Source: Selaginella moellendorffii (lineage: Eukaryota; Plantae; Lycopodiophyta). Taken from it: DNA of 64,000 bases. This document shows positions 1 through 11,135 of the stretch, in pieces. The position numbers and the translations under genes are program-made. Position 1 is the first letter of the stretch. Each line of letters starts with the position of its first letter. The stretch lies in contig NW_003314297.1 of NCBI RefSeq assembly GCF_000143415.4, positions 907,430 through 971,429 on the forward strand. Reading direction: 5' to 3'. The notes below the pieces were generated by a model. The model was not told the DNA's origin and made no database searches. It saw only the letters and a program-made list of their open reading frames with translations.

Positions 1-770
1 ACTGACATATCTACTGGCCACACAAGAAATTGTCCTAGATGCTAGAATGTTGAGTTGGAGAACTTTTAACAATACTTCTGGACAATTGCTTTAGAAACAC
101 CAAAATGCTCTATCAACCTAGCAAAAGAATCACCTAAAGCTAATCTCTATAAAGCAATGGCAACTTGCTTACCAACAAAAACATATCTAGATGGAATGTT
201 TTTCAAATTTGGAGGGAATGCTATTTGCATTGACAGAGCAACAAGTTTGCAGATTGTTATGAACTACTCCTTAGAAACTTTAAAGAACTCTATCTACCTT
301 GTTGGATAATAATAAAAAATGAACAATAAAACAATTAAGATGTTGCACAAAGCTGAGGAAGCATTGTATATCAATCATACACATTGGAGTAGGGAACTTT
401 AAAACATTTATAAGTTTGTTAGAATTAACTTACAAACCCTCACAAGAAATGTAGTATATAAAATAAAAAATGTTTTTGGACCCAAACACATACTTTGATT
501 ACTCTAGATTCAAACTGTCACCAATAACTCATACAATTCAAATGGTGTACCTAAAGTGATTTTAAGAACATTCTCCTTGGTTATTGGTACCTACTAGTAT
601 TGAGAAATAAAATTTAACTTGGTGAATCAATGGCTTTTCCCTAAATAATTTAAAAGCTCGACAATGTAAGAAAGAGGGTATATATACAAAATAGTCATAT
701 CAATTAATGGATGATAATTAATATAAAAATGAATACTACCATTAGGTTTTATTACAAGATGAGATTTAAA
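1..770 (+). pseudogene. Highly decayed retrotransposon pol (RNase H/integrase-like) relic
   Basis: AT-rich with no long ORF. Only faint motif remnants (RMLSW, LVPTS) resemble the RNase H end and integrase start. Confidence 0.25.
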
Positions 771-777
771 TGCTTAA

Positions 778-1623
778 TGTTGCAAATGTGACTACGAATA
801 TCAAAAGTTATTTATTAGCTAATCCTTTTGGATATTCTTTCTTTACTGCCACGACGGCAAAAGGTCAATATTGCTAAACCTTTTTTCAATCTTTGCTTAA
901 GTTAATTGAGAAATTGGTATTTGTGTGTGCACTTAACTAGATGAGTATAAGGACAGAATTCTTAAGTGCTATTAATTAAGCATATTTGACTTGGTTAAAA
1001 AAACTCATTTATTGGATTGCACTTGTTAGTATTGGGAACCCTCATGGTATTGAGTTTGGTCTTTCAATATTCGTCAAATGATACCTTACCATGTCTGCCA
1101 AACACCCTAGTTCCATTCAGTGTTAATTACTATTTATGGAAAGTGTCTAGATTTGTTAATTTGGCATATCTACGGAATGTAGAGATTTGTCCTAAACACA
1201 ATGGTGTTGATTCTATGTCCAAATTCACAATCTAACACCAATCCATATTTAGTAAGTTTTGAGTTAATCTTAGAGACTAAAGGGTGGCTAAGGGTGAAAG
1301 CTCAAAACATGCATTCCTCAAGGGGGGTTGGCCCAAGGAGTGAAGGCATAGAAACATAGAGCAACTTGGAACAATCCTAAAGCATTTAGCATCTCAATGT
1401 CAGTATATAAAACAAAGCCAAATGGAGTCTGATGTTATTTCAACATACCGATGGTTTAATATGAGGATATAAATACTCCACTAGCTAGCATAATGTGGAA
1501 CTTAGGCTTATATCCAAGCCGGACGCAAAATAATATTAAGCACATAAGCGAGAGCTAAACTATGCCTTAGGTTGGTCGGCCATGCCTAACTTACCCATTA
1601 TCTTTACTATACATTTGGAATCC
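778..1623 (+). mobile_element. Truncated family-A LTR with an internal inversion
   Basis: Starts TGTTGCAAATGTGAC, the reverse complement of the family-A LTR end at 36790. 778-~1330 matches family A in reverse, and ~1330-1623 matches ~35897-36195 directly. Confidence 0.8.
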
Positions 1624-3073
1624 TCTTTGAATGTATTCTTTACAACTTTTGTAACTTATATCCCTTTAATTAGTTTTTCATTTACTGCTGGTAATAAATT
1701 GTTTCAACTTTATTTCAGTGTGTGAGCTTTATATTTTCTAAATCTCAAATTTCTTCAGTCTGTATTAAATGCTTAAAATAAAAGTATAAAAGTTATTATA
1801 TCCACAATGAATGATATATAATTACCCACTGCATTATAATATATAAACACAATCTTTCATATATAATAATAGTGTGCTTTTTATTTGTAATACTCTACTT
1901 GGTTTGTTTACATTACTTTTTTAAACCTTGACAAAAGTGCAAAGGCTAATAAGCTTTGCTCCTTCAATGTCAATTTAATTGATATAGAGCACAAATTGTG
2001 ATGGTCATTTTCTGCCATAAAACAATGTTGAAGACCTTTGTTACACAATTTGCTAATAGTTCTTGGTATTGTCTTTGTAAGTCTAATATGATCAACAAAG
2101 ATACTTTCTACCATTTTGGAGATGAAGAATGTTTGTTGAAGTTAAAAAATTCCTCTATAGTAGAGGAAACTAATCATAATAATGTGCAGGTTATGTTCTT
2201 CCCTTTATCATCCACTTTACAAATTACATAAACAACCTCTCTCACAACTCCATCCACTTACATAATTGCTATTGCATTCTAATGCTAATGTGTTCTAAAT
2301 TTATACCAAATCTGATCTAAATGATGTTTTTATTTTCTTCTTAAAATACTACTTTGATTCTTTAATGCCTTTATTTTGTTTCCCTAGAGCATGGTTTAAT
2401 CTTAAGTACCTAGCCTTTCAACTCCAACTTGTTCATCAGAAAATAAACCATAGCCAATAGGATTAACTATGTAAAAACTTCCCCCTAGTCTTTTTCTCAT
2501 CCCTCATCCTCTTTTGCTTTGATTTTCTGCTTGGTAGAAAAAAAAAAATTTTCAAGCTGTAACTATGAGAATTTAGATTGCGAATTCATAACATAGCATA
2601 GTTGCACTAGCTCTAAAAACCATAAGGAGAAAAGAACCTTAATTTTTTAGTTGCAAAATATATAATTATGAGAGCACAATATAACTTTGAATAGAATAGA
2701 GTATTTCCTAGAAAAGATGATAAAAAAAGTAATATATATGCAAAGTAGTGGGAATTTTTATAATGTTTTTCACTCATAAAATTATAACTAAAACTTAAGT
2801 ATATAATCACTTATGTATTTGCTAAATAGATGCTCTTGACCATAAGAAAATGAGAAACAAAACTTATCTGTTAGTTCTAGTTCTATAGTGGGACTTCCAC
2901 CCCTTGTGAAACTTTAAGCCATTTTCAATACAAAAAACATTCACTAGTATTGTATTTTCGAAATAAACTTTAACTCATATATATTGTAAATTTTAAGTAA
3001 ATTATTAAAAAAAATTTATCTGCATATTTTAGTATTTAGATTAAAATTGGGAGATATAATAAATACTTAACAA

Positions 3074-3248
3074 TGTGAGTGCATGGAATATGGAAAGGGA
3101 ATACAGAAATGTGCATATCAATTAGCCCAAAAACCTTAGCTTATATACAGGAGCGAGTGGTCCGGATTGAAACCAATCTGATGGCTACCAAAATCCCACT
3201 ACGCTAATATTAGTATACGGCATCGTAGCCGTACACTTGGCCCTCACA
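3074..3248 (-). repeat. 3' LTR of the gypsy element
   Basis: Direct repeat of 7896-8070 and 63556-63730; TG...CA ends; next to the PPT. Confidence 0.97.
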
Positions 3249-3280
3249 TCATCCCCTCCTCTCGGAATAATGAAAGACCA

Positions 3281-6200
3281 TTAGGGTTCTCTTGTAGATG
3301 GGCCGGGATCTAGAGGAACATCAGGAGGAGGCATCGGTGGATCTGTAGGTGGCATTAACTGCTCCTGATCCCTTTGTACAAAGCGTTTCAGCCGCTGCAC
3401 ATGCACAATCTCTGGAGGATCGGCCTGCTGAACGTCATGCTGAACCTCATAAACTTGTGGTCCAATTTGCCGCAACATCTGATACGGTCCTTTCCATTGC
3501 GCAAGAAGTCCCTTAGATAAACCACGTACCGTAAAATGGGGAAAACGGACTAACACCAAATCATCCACTTTGTACTCCGCAGGTGGACGATGATGAGAGT
3601 TGTAGCGCCGTTGTTGTCCTACTTGTACGCGGCCTAAGTGTTCGGCAGACTCTGCTCGGACTAGTGGAAGAATGCTTGTCAAATACTGATCCCACGACCT
3701 AGCATCGGCAGCTCGTGGCAATCGCGAAGGTAAACCCAGCTCCATTGGTAATATTGGATCATGACCATATAGGAGTTTATATGGTGAAGCACCAACAGAA
3801 CTTTGCACCCCCGTGACATATGCATACCGAAGAGATGGCAAATAACCATCCCAATCCGAATGCTGAAAGTTCACATACTTCGCAATCATCCCTTTGAATG
3901 TCCGAACGAGCCGCTCCACCAAACCATCTGATTGTGGATGATAAGCACTCGTGAAAGTGTGGCGTATCCCCAACCGAGACGTCAAAACATGAAATACCTT
4001 AGCCATAAATACGGGACCATTATCCGAAAGAATCCACTCTGGACAAGAATGCTAGAACACCACTCGATTGAGGAGGAAGTAGCCAATAGCAGTTGCAGAG
4101 GCACTAGCAAGAGCACCAACTTCCACCCAACGAGTCAAGTAGTCAAAAGCAATAATAACATACTCATTGCCAGCAGTCGACCGTGGAAAAGGTCCCATAA
4201 GATCAAACGCCACCAACTCAAACGGACGGGAAACCGCAATTGACTCCAACCGTCCTTCCGCAGCACAAGGGGGAGTATTACGAGCTTGGCACCAAATGTA
4301 GTTACGCACATACCGGATAACATCACGTCGCATCTCCGTCCAGTAAAAAGACCTGCGCAGCTTCTCGGTTACACGACGGTGTCCCATATGCCCATCTAGA
4401 ACAGGAGAATTATGGTAGGTATGGAGAAACCGTGGAATAAAGACAGAAGGTACCACCAGCCGTAAATGATCCTCAGGATCTGTCCTCACAAAATAAAGAA
4501 GGCCATCTTCAAGGCGATATTGAGAATGTAAATGCCGGAAAGGCAAGTCATTAGCAAGTGATGCAGGATTCTCAAACCCATCTCGAAGCCTTTGAATCCA
4601 TGGCTCAATCTTTTGAGCCTCGCGAACAGCATCAAGAGAAGGTAGATCCTGCTCTGCACCTTGTGGACACTGAACGTCAAGGATAGCAACCGCCGACGGC
4701 ACAGAATCCTCGTCTAGAAAATCCACAGAGGCTAGAACAACAGGCTCGTCAGAAACATGAGAAGTGAGTGAAGAAGGAAGAGGAGCTCGAGAAAGGGCGT
4801 CAGCATTAGCCATAGAACTCCCTAGGCGATGAACAACATCAAAATCATATATCTAAAGCTTCAAAGCCCACCGAGCAGTACGACCAACCAGGTTCTTCCG
4901 CTTCAATAATGAAGTAACAGCAGCATGGTCACCTTCAAGTAACATCCGAGAACGATGTAGATATGTATGAAGTTTCTCGAAACCCCAAACTGCTACTAAA
5001 CACTCCTTTTTCGTCATGGAGTAGTTCATTTCCGCTGGTTGTAATGTACGGCTTATATATCCAATAGGATGGCGCTGACAAAGCACACTCGAGCTCTCTT
5101 ACATCAACACACCTCCAAAACCAATGTCAGAAGCATCCACGTGCAAAATAAAAGGTCGAGTGTAGTCAAGATATGCCAAAACTGGAGGAGTCGTCAATAG
5201 CTCTTTGAGATCCCCGAACGCTCGCTCACAATCCGGAGACCAGATGAAAGATGATGTTGATAACTTCAACAATGCTCGCAATGGTGCAGTGCAATCAGAA
5301 AGATGATCCACAAAACGACCGAGATACTGCACCTTGCCCAAGAAGCGCTGCACATCATTCACATATTTTGGAGTAGGGAACTTTAGAACAGCCACAAGTT
5401 TGTTAGAATCAACTTGCAAACCCTCACGAGAAATACGGTACCCAAGATAAGTTGTATCCTTGGACCCAAACACGCACTTCGACCGCTTCAGCTTTAAACC
5501 AACATCGCGTAGCCGATCCAACACTTTACAAACATCATGAACGTGCTCCTCCCACGTCCCCTCCAAGTGAATCAAGACATCATCAATGAAGTCGGCAGTC
5601 ACCTCTGGGATATCACAAAGAACCTCGTCCATCATCCGCTGAAAAGTTGCGGGAGCGTTGTTCAAACCAAACGGCATCACCAAAAACTCGTACAAACCAA
5701 ACGGTGTACGAAAAGCAGTCTTAGGAATATCTTCTGCGGCCATTAGTACTTGCCAGTACCCAAAAGCAAGATCTAGCTTGGTGAACCAACGACTTCGCCC
5801 TAGACGATCCAAAAGATCAGCAGTGTGAGGAAGAGGGTACACATCCGGGATCGTCACTTCATTTAACGGACGATAGTCGATGCAGAAACGAATACTCCCA
5901 TCAGGTTTCGTCACAAGATGAGGTTCACATGCCCAAGGACTCTGCGACTTCCAAATAACACCCTTCTCCAACATCTCCTTGACGTTTGCACGTAAAATCT
6001 TGATCTCCTTGGGTGACCAACGACGAACAGGAACCTTGATTGGACGAGCATCCCCGGTTGGAATCGGATGACGTGTGGCAATCTTGGCCCCAGACGATAG
6101 GTCAAAATCAAAGAGATCAGAATACTCCTTCATGAGCTGATCAACAGCTGCAACACAAAGATCATCGGAGGGATCAGAAAAGGGAAGAGCAGAACAAGAT

Positions 6201-6750
6201 GGAAACATAGGAGGAAATAGTGGGGGAACAAAAGTAATGGAAGCAGAGGTAGAAGTAAAGGGACGAAGAGGTACGGAAGTGAGAGGAATGGATGAAACAT
6301 AAGGAAGTATGAGACAAGGGGGAGAAGCCTGGCATGATTGTGCTGCAACTAATCCATACCAAGAATGAGGTCAAAAACTTGACTCGGCACCACCCGCAAC
6401 GACTGCAACTCAAGCTCGAGATCGCCCACACACACAACCAGGTCCGCCTCATCTCGTGCACATGCATGGGTACAGCCGTTGCCATAAAGAATGAAAACTG
6501 GATCCGCCGCACGACGCAAGTGTAGACGACAACGTGTGGCAACAGGTCGAGCAATAGAAGATAAACTCGAACCTATATCAACCAACACGGAGGGAATAAT
6601 AAGAGACCTCTTGTTATAAAAACGAGCTTGGAAAGTAAACACTGGATGAACTGGTGCTGAGTGAACCCCTCAATGATACTCCCAAAAGAAAGATGGAGGG
6701 GTCACTAACTTATTTGCACAAGATCCCTCCATTACTCGTGCGACTCCTCG
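3281..6750 (-). pseudogene. pol: pol (protease, RT, RNase H, integrase) with premature stops and one frame change between PR and RT
   Basis: Protease VLVDIGSSLSSI and ILGMD. RT RFCIDYRPLN, KTAFRTPFGLYEFLVMPFGL and FIDDVLI. RNase H LHVDAS. Integrase H..GHMG, AYHPQSDGLVER and WKGPY. Confidence 0.95.
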
Positions 6751-6756
6751 TTTCCC
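6693..6756 (-). promoter_or_regulatory. Predicted -1 programmed ribosomal frameshift signal (slippery heptamer plus H-type pseudoknot)
   Basis: G_GGA_AAC in gag phase, an 8-nt spacer, stem 1 GCACGAG/CTTGTGC and stem 2 ATGGAGGG/CCCTCCAT. The -1 frame is the protease frame. Confidence 0.8.
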
Positions 6757-7664
6757 GGATGCACCTTGGTGTCCAAACCTTCCACCGCAGCAGCACCAAC
6801 GGGACGTTGCTAACGCCAAGGTCTCCTCCCAAGAAATGGAGGTCGCCAATCCGGAAAGCGCTGACAACGCCAATAAGTATGACTAACTTCATCACATATC
6901 CAGCAACGAACATCACGGCCACGACCACGTCCTTGCCCTTGTCCTTGGACTCGAGTAACAGTTGCATCAACCTCCATTGGAACAGGACCATCACTCATAG
7001 GAAGTGGAGCGGAAGGACGTGTAGCGAGAAGTGGAAGAGGTGACGTTTCATAATGTTGTGCCAAGCGAAGAGCATCGTTAAGGGTGGCAGGAGCAAGTGC
7101 ATGCACAAGGCTGACAAGGTCTTGACGAAATGTTGGCCACAACATTCCTAGCTTGATTCGCTCCGATATATTGGGCTTCGCATGAAGCAAAAGACTTCGG
7201 AAACAAATGCCAAATTGCATCACTGACTCAGATAGCCCTTGGCGAAGACGATGCAATTGTTGGAAGGCATCGTCACAATCGTCGGCATGTCTGAAGGTGC
7301 GTTTGAAGACGTCCGGAAGAAGACTCCAATCCCCACGAGTGGCCGCACTCAATCCATTGTACCATTACAATGCCGTCCCTTGGAGACACGTGGGAAACTC
7401 ACGCAAACGTCGAGCATCATCCCAAGAATGATATGTGGCAATCACCGTGAAGTGATCGAACCAATGGTACACATCATCCCCAGGATTCCCACGAAAAAAC
7501 TCCGACCGAACGTGAGGATTGGCACCAAGAGCAGGAGGAGTTGGACTACGTGCCGTGAATGCCACCATCAATTGAGTTTGGTTGTTCAATTGCAAACGCA
7601 TAGCATCAAGTAATTGGACCAACTATTGCTCTAGAGTCAAAGGAGGAGATTGCTAATCTGCCAT
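6732..7664 (-). pseudogene. gag: gag with CCHC zinc knuckle; several in-frame stops
   Basis: ATG at 7664; ORFs 7365-7622 and 6810-7352 share a frame. Motifs LRQGLSESV and CWICDEVSHTYWRC. The frame ends at TAA 6732-6734. Confidence 0.9.
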
Positions 7665-7895
7665 GAAGATGGACGAAGAAAGAGCAAAAGAAGAGGAACG
7701 ACAAAAAAGCTAGAAGGAAATGGTAAATCTAAACAATGCAAAAAGCTAAATCTAAACCAAAATCCTGAAAAGAAAGAACAAAAGAAAGGAAATGGAAAAA
7801 GCTAAATCTAGACGATGCAAAAGCTAGATCTAAACCAAAATCCCAAATCCAAGCACTCTTCAGGGACAATCAAAGATGCCCCTCACCTCCACCAA

Positions 7896-8070
7896 TGTGA
7901 GTGCATGGAATATAGAAAGGGAATACAGAAATGTGCATATTAATTAGCCCAAAAACCCTAGCTTATATACAGGAGCGAGTGGTCCGGATTGAAACCAATT
8001 CGACAGCTACCAAAATCCCACTACACTAATATTAGTATACGGCATTGTAGCCGTACACTTGGCCCTCACA
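7896..8070 (-). repeat. 5' LTR of the gypsy element
   Basis: Direct repeat of 3074-3248, followed on the minus strand by the PBS (7875-7894). Confidence 0.97.
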
Positions 8071-9962
8071 ACAGTAATTAAATTATTGATAATTTATATA
8101 GTGTAATCAAATCACAGTATAGTTTTATAATGAGAATAAAAATACATTACTAGAACAAATAAGTGATAAAAAAAGTACAGGCTTGGGTGCAAGCTCTTGC
8201 TTATAAGGAGTGTTAAGACTTCCCTACTTTGCTCTCTTCCTTCCACAAAGCATTTAAAATCAAGAAAGATATGCAACAACTTTTTCACAAGCTTTTTCTT
8301 TTTCAGTAGGGCACCAAGGAATCAGTTTTGGATTAGACAACATGATTCAATGGGTATTGGAATATTTGCCAGGCAAAGGAGGCCATGACTAACAAGAACC
8401 TTATGTATGTCAATAGTTTCAAGCCAGGCATCCAGCAGAAGGTAGCAACTCATTGGCATTCCAAGTGCTGAGATGGATATGATTATGCCACAGATTAAGA
8501 AGGATTTGATAGGTGAGCTCAGAATTTCTAGTGTTGTGGACATGTTTGGTCCTTCTCCTACCACTGTAGTGTGCTCTATCTCAGTAGTATGCTCTATCTC
8601 AACAATATGCTTGGCCTAGGGATCTATTCTACCATGGCAATTGTCCTCAAGACTTTTGCCAATCACACAATGGTTCCCGCATGCATTTGTCAAGGAGTAT
8701 ACTCTTAGATGGAGTGCTTCAGATATTGCATAATTGACTACTAAGAAATTGATCATAGCCTCCATGCCCTAGATGGTGGAGACTGTATCATCCTTGGATG
8801 CAGTTGGCAGGAATGGGTGGATTGCACAATGCATTGGCATTTGGGTATCACAACAATTTCGGATAGGAGAAATTTTGCAACACTCCTAAATGTGCATGGC
8901 CAGCATAGCTGAAGGCTGTGCACAAAGTGGAGAAGCAAGCATATATCGAAGGTGATCTCCATGTCATCTTCCTAGAGCTTTTGGATGGTGAAAACCTACC
9001 TGAGTTGGACATATATGACATGGCATATAGTCTTTTTGATTTGGTGAGCTTTCAGACTGAGGTTCTTAAACAAGAGGACATGAAATTGTCTTCTCTAATG
9101 TCATTCTCACCTTCTCCACCTTTTCTGCTCAACTAGAATATAGCATTAAATCCAGAGAAGAAAAGTGATCCACAATTATAGGATCTTCCCTCAGTGGCTT
9201 CAACACATAGCCAGCACAAAAACACACACTTCCTCTCTGGACATCTTTCATGCTGTTTTTAAACAAGGGTGGGCCAGATCAGCATGGTGGATGAGGATGT
9301 TGTGGATCCTTCTTCTATATTTGCCATGAAGTTGGAAAAAAAACTCAACCTTAATCACATTCAATTCACAAGAGTTTCACAGTTAGTCAATGGCAAATAT
9401 CAGGTTCGTCAAGGACACCTCTGAGAAAGGCAATGAGTAGTGGATACGCAACAGCACTTCAAGTTGCCACTTTTATCATTTAACGGGAGGCCTAGCATTG
9501 TGTGAGAGCCAATTAGCCCAAAATTTCTTCTCCCAAGGTATGCTGACAAAAGGCCTCCCGTTAAACACCATCCTGATTCACTCTCTCTCCGCTTACCTGG
9601 CGATGACGTGGCATCAGGCCTTCTTTTTGTTTTATCTCCAGCGCACTCCCTCTCCCGTACGTCGCCGCTGCGCACTCCCGCCCGCGGCTCCCGCCCGCCC
9701 GCAAGTTTGCTTGAAGTCTAGCAGTAATGAGGCGGTTGTCGAGTTGATGAAGGAAGGAAATGTGTTGGTGGAGCAGCAGATCGACAGCAGGGACAAGCAG
9801 GTGGAGCGTGGTGGCGAACTGCTAACAAGTACACACGTTTTGAACATTTCCTGACATAGCCACCACAAGAGCTGCAGTACTGGCCTGAAAATGGTCCTTG
9901 GTTTGTGCCTGCATCGTTTCTGACGCAAACACGACTTTCACGTTTGCGTGGGAGGCTAAGAT

Positions 9963-9968
9963 TATAAA
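9963..9968 (+). promoter_or_regulatory. Candidate TATA box of the proteinase inhibitor gene
   Basis: TATAAA about 50 nt upstream of ATG 10017. Confidence 0.5.
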
Positions 9969-10016
9969 GCACCAATGCTGAACTTCGAAAGCCCATCGGA
10001 GCTGTAATAGAGAAGT

Positions 10017-10863
10017 ATGGCTGGAAGCGGCAATCTCCCCGTGCTCGTTCTTCTTCTGTTGGCCTCGTTATCCTGTGAGAGAGATCTCCACTTGTATGTT
10101 ACAGTCGATTCTAACTCGGACTCCTGTTCTTGCAGCTGCTCACGCTGCCGTCGTCGAGGTTTGCCATGCTGACCTCACCTATACCGATTGCAGCAACTGC
10201 TGTAGTCTGAAGAAAGGTTGTGTCTACCTGCAACCTGGTTCAGGACAAGTCACTTGCATTGGCGGTGATTCAAGGGCTTGTCCCCGGAACTGCCAAGGTC
10301 CGAAGTTGACCGTATGCCCATTGCCTTCATCAGGATTCCCAAAATCAGGCATCAGGGTGCTCAAGGGAAAACTCCCACCCCCACGACCTCGATGCGGTTA
10401 CTACAACATCGTTAACGGTGACCCCATCCGGCGGCTGGAGCAGCAGGGGACAGATCAAGGTAGTAACCGCCTTGTTCATTATGTTCAGGAAGCCCAGCCC
10501 TCCCCGATAGAGCTCATGGCAAGAATGAAGTGCAAGCTTGATTCGATTGTGGAGGTCTGCAATGCCGAGGTCTCCAAAGATAACTGTGGTTGCTGCTTTG
10601 GAAAAATCGGTTGCATCTACTTGGAGAATGCATCCGCAAACAGCACCTGCCTGCGTGCTGACGGCCCCATAGGGATTTGCCCCCGCATTTGCCTGTCCAC
10701 AGTGGCCATCTGTACTAAGTCTGTAGCTCTTCAGGGCACCACTCTGCAGTCTTGCAGGAATGCACGCCGCAGCTGCGAGGACATGAAAAAGGGCTGCAGT
10801 CTCTACGATCGCAAAACTGGAGCCGATCTTTGCGCTGCGGGGGGTATCGCACTGCCTGTCTAG
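10017..10863 (+). CDS. Secreted Cys-rich multi-repeat potato type II (Pin-II, MEROPS I20)-like proteinase inhibitor; exons 10017-10074 and 10136-10863
   Basis: Signal peptide MAGSGNLPVLVLLLLASLSSAHA is split by a 61-nt phase-1 GT-AG intron. CSNCCSLKKGCVYL...C.G...ACPRNC...VCP matches the Pin-II pattern CTNCC...KGC.Y...C.G...ACPRNC...CP. A second repeat reads CGCC..KIGC..C..ICPRIC. Confidence 0.8.
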
Positions 10864-10939
10864 TCTAGTTGCTGAAACTAGTTATGAGCATTACTATTAT
10901 GAATGAATAAGGAATGTCCCTCCTTGGAGGGGCCGGTGC

Positions 10940-11135
10940 CAATGTCCGAAGTTACTCGTCATGCAATTTGTGATGAAGGAGTGTAGGAGCAAGAAAGACG
11001 TGTGATCCTGATTCGATTGTGGAGGTCTGCAATGCCGAGCCTCCAATCTCTATGAATGCATGGGCAAACAGCACCTTGCCCAAAATAACAAGATTCCAAT
11101 CACTGTGGAGTCTAGCAGGAATGCACGCCACGGGA
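10940..11135 (+). pseudogene. Deletion-riddled relic copy of the inhibitor gene
   Basis: 11009-11039 is identical over 31 nt to 10539-10569. Further collinear patches match ~10626-10648 and ~10748-10768. Confidence 0.65.

Larger units (their letters stand above)
3074..8070 (-). mobile_element. Full-length Ty3/gypsy LTR retrotransposon without chromodomain; ORFs disrupted
   Basis: 175-bp LTRs at 3074-3248 and 7896-8070 (TGTGAG...CTCACA), with 9 differences, all transitions. PBS TGGTGGAGGTGAGGGGCATC and PPT GAGAGGAGGGGATGA. Domain order is gag-PR-RT-RH-INT. Flanks ACAA/ACAG may be a 4-bp TSD with one mismatch. Confidence 0.97.

Noticed and set aside
6130-6348. Second programmed frameshift between protease and RT
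   Set aside because: The frame change falls in a low-complexity linker where I saw no slippery site or structure; a decay indel is more likely.
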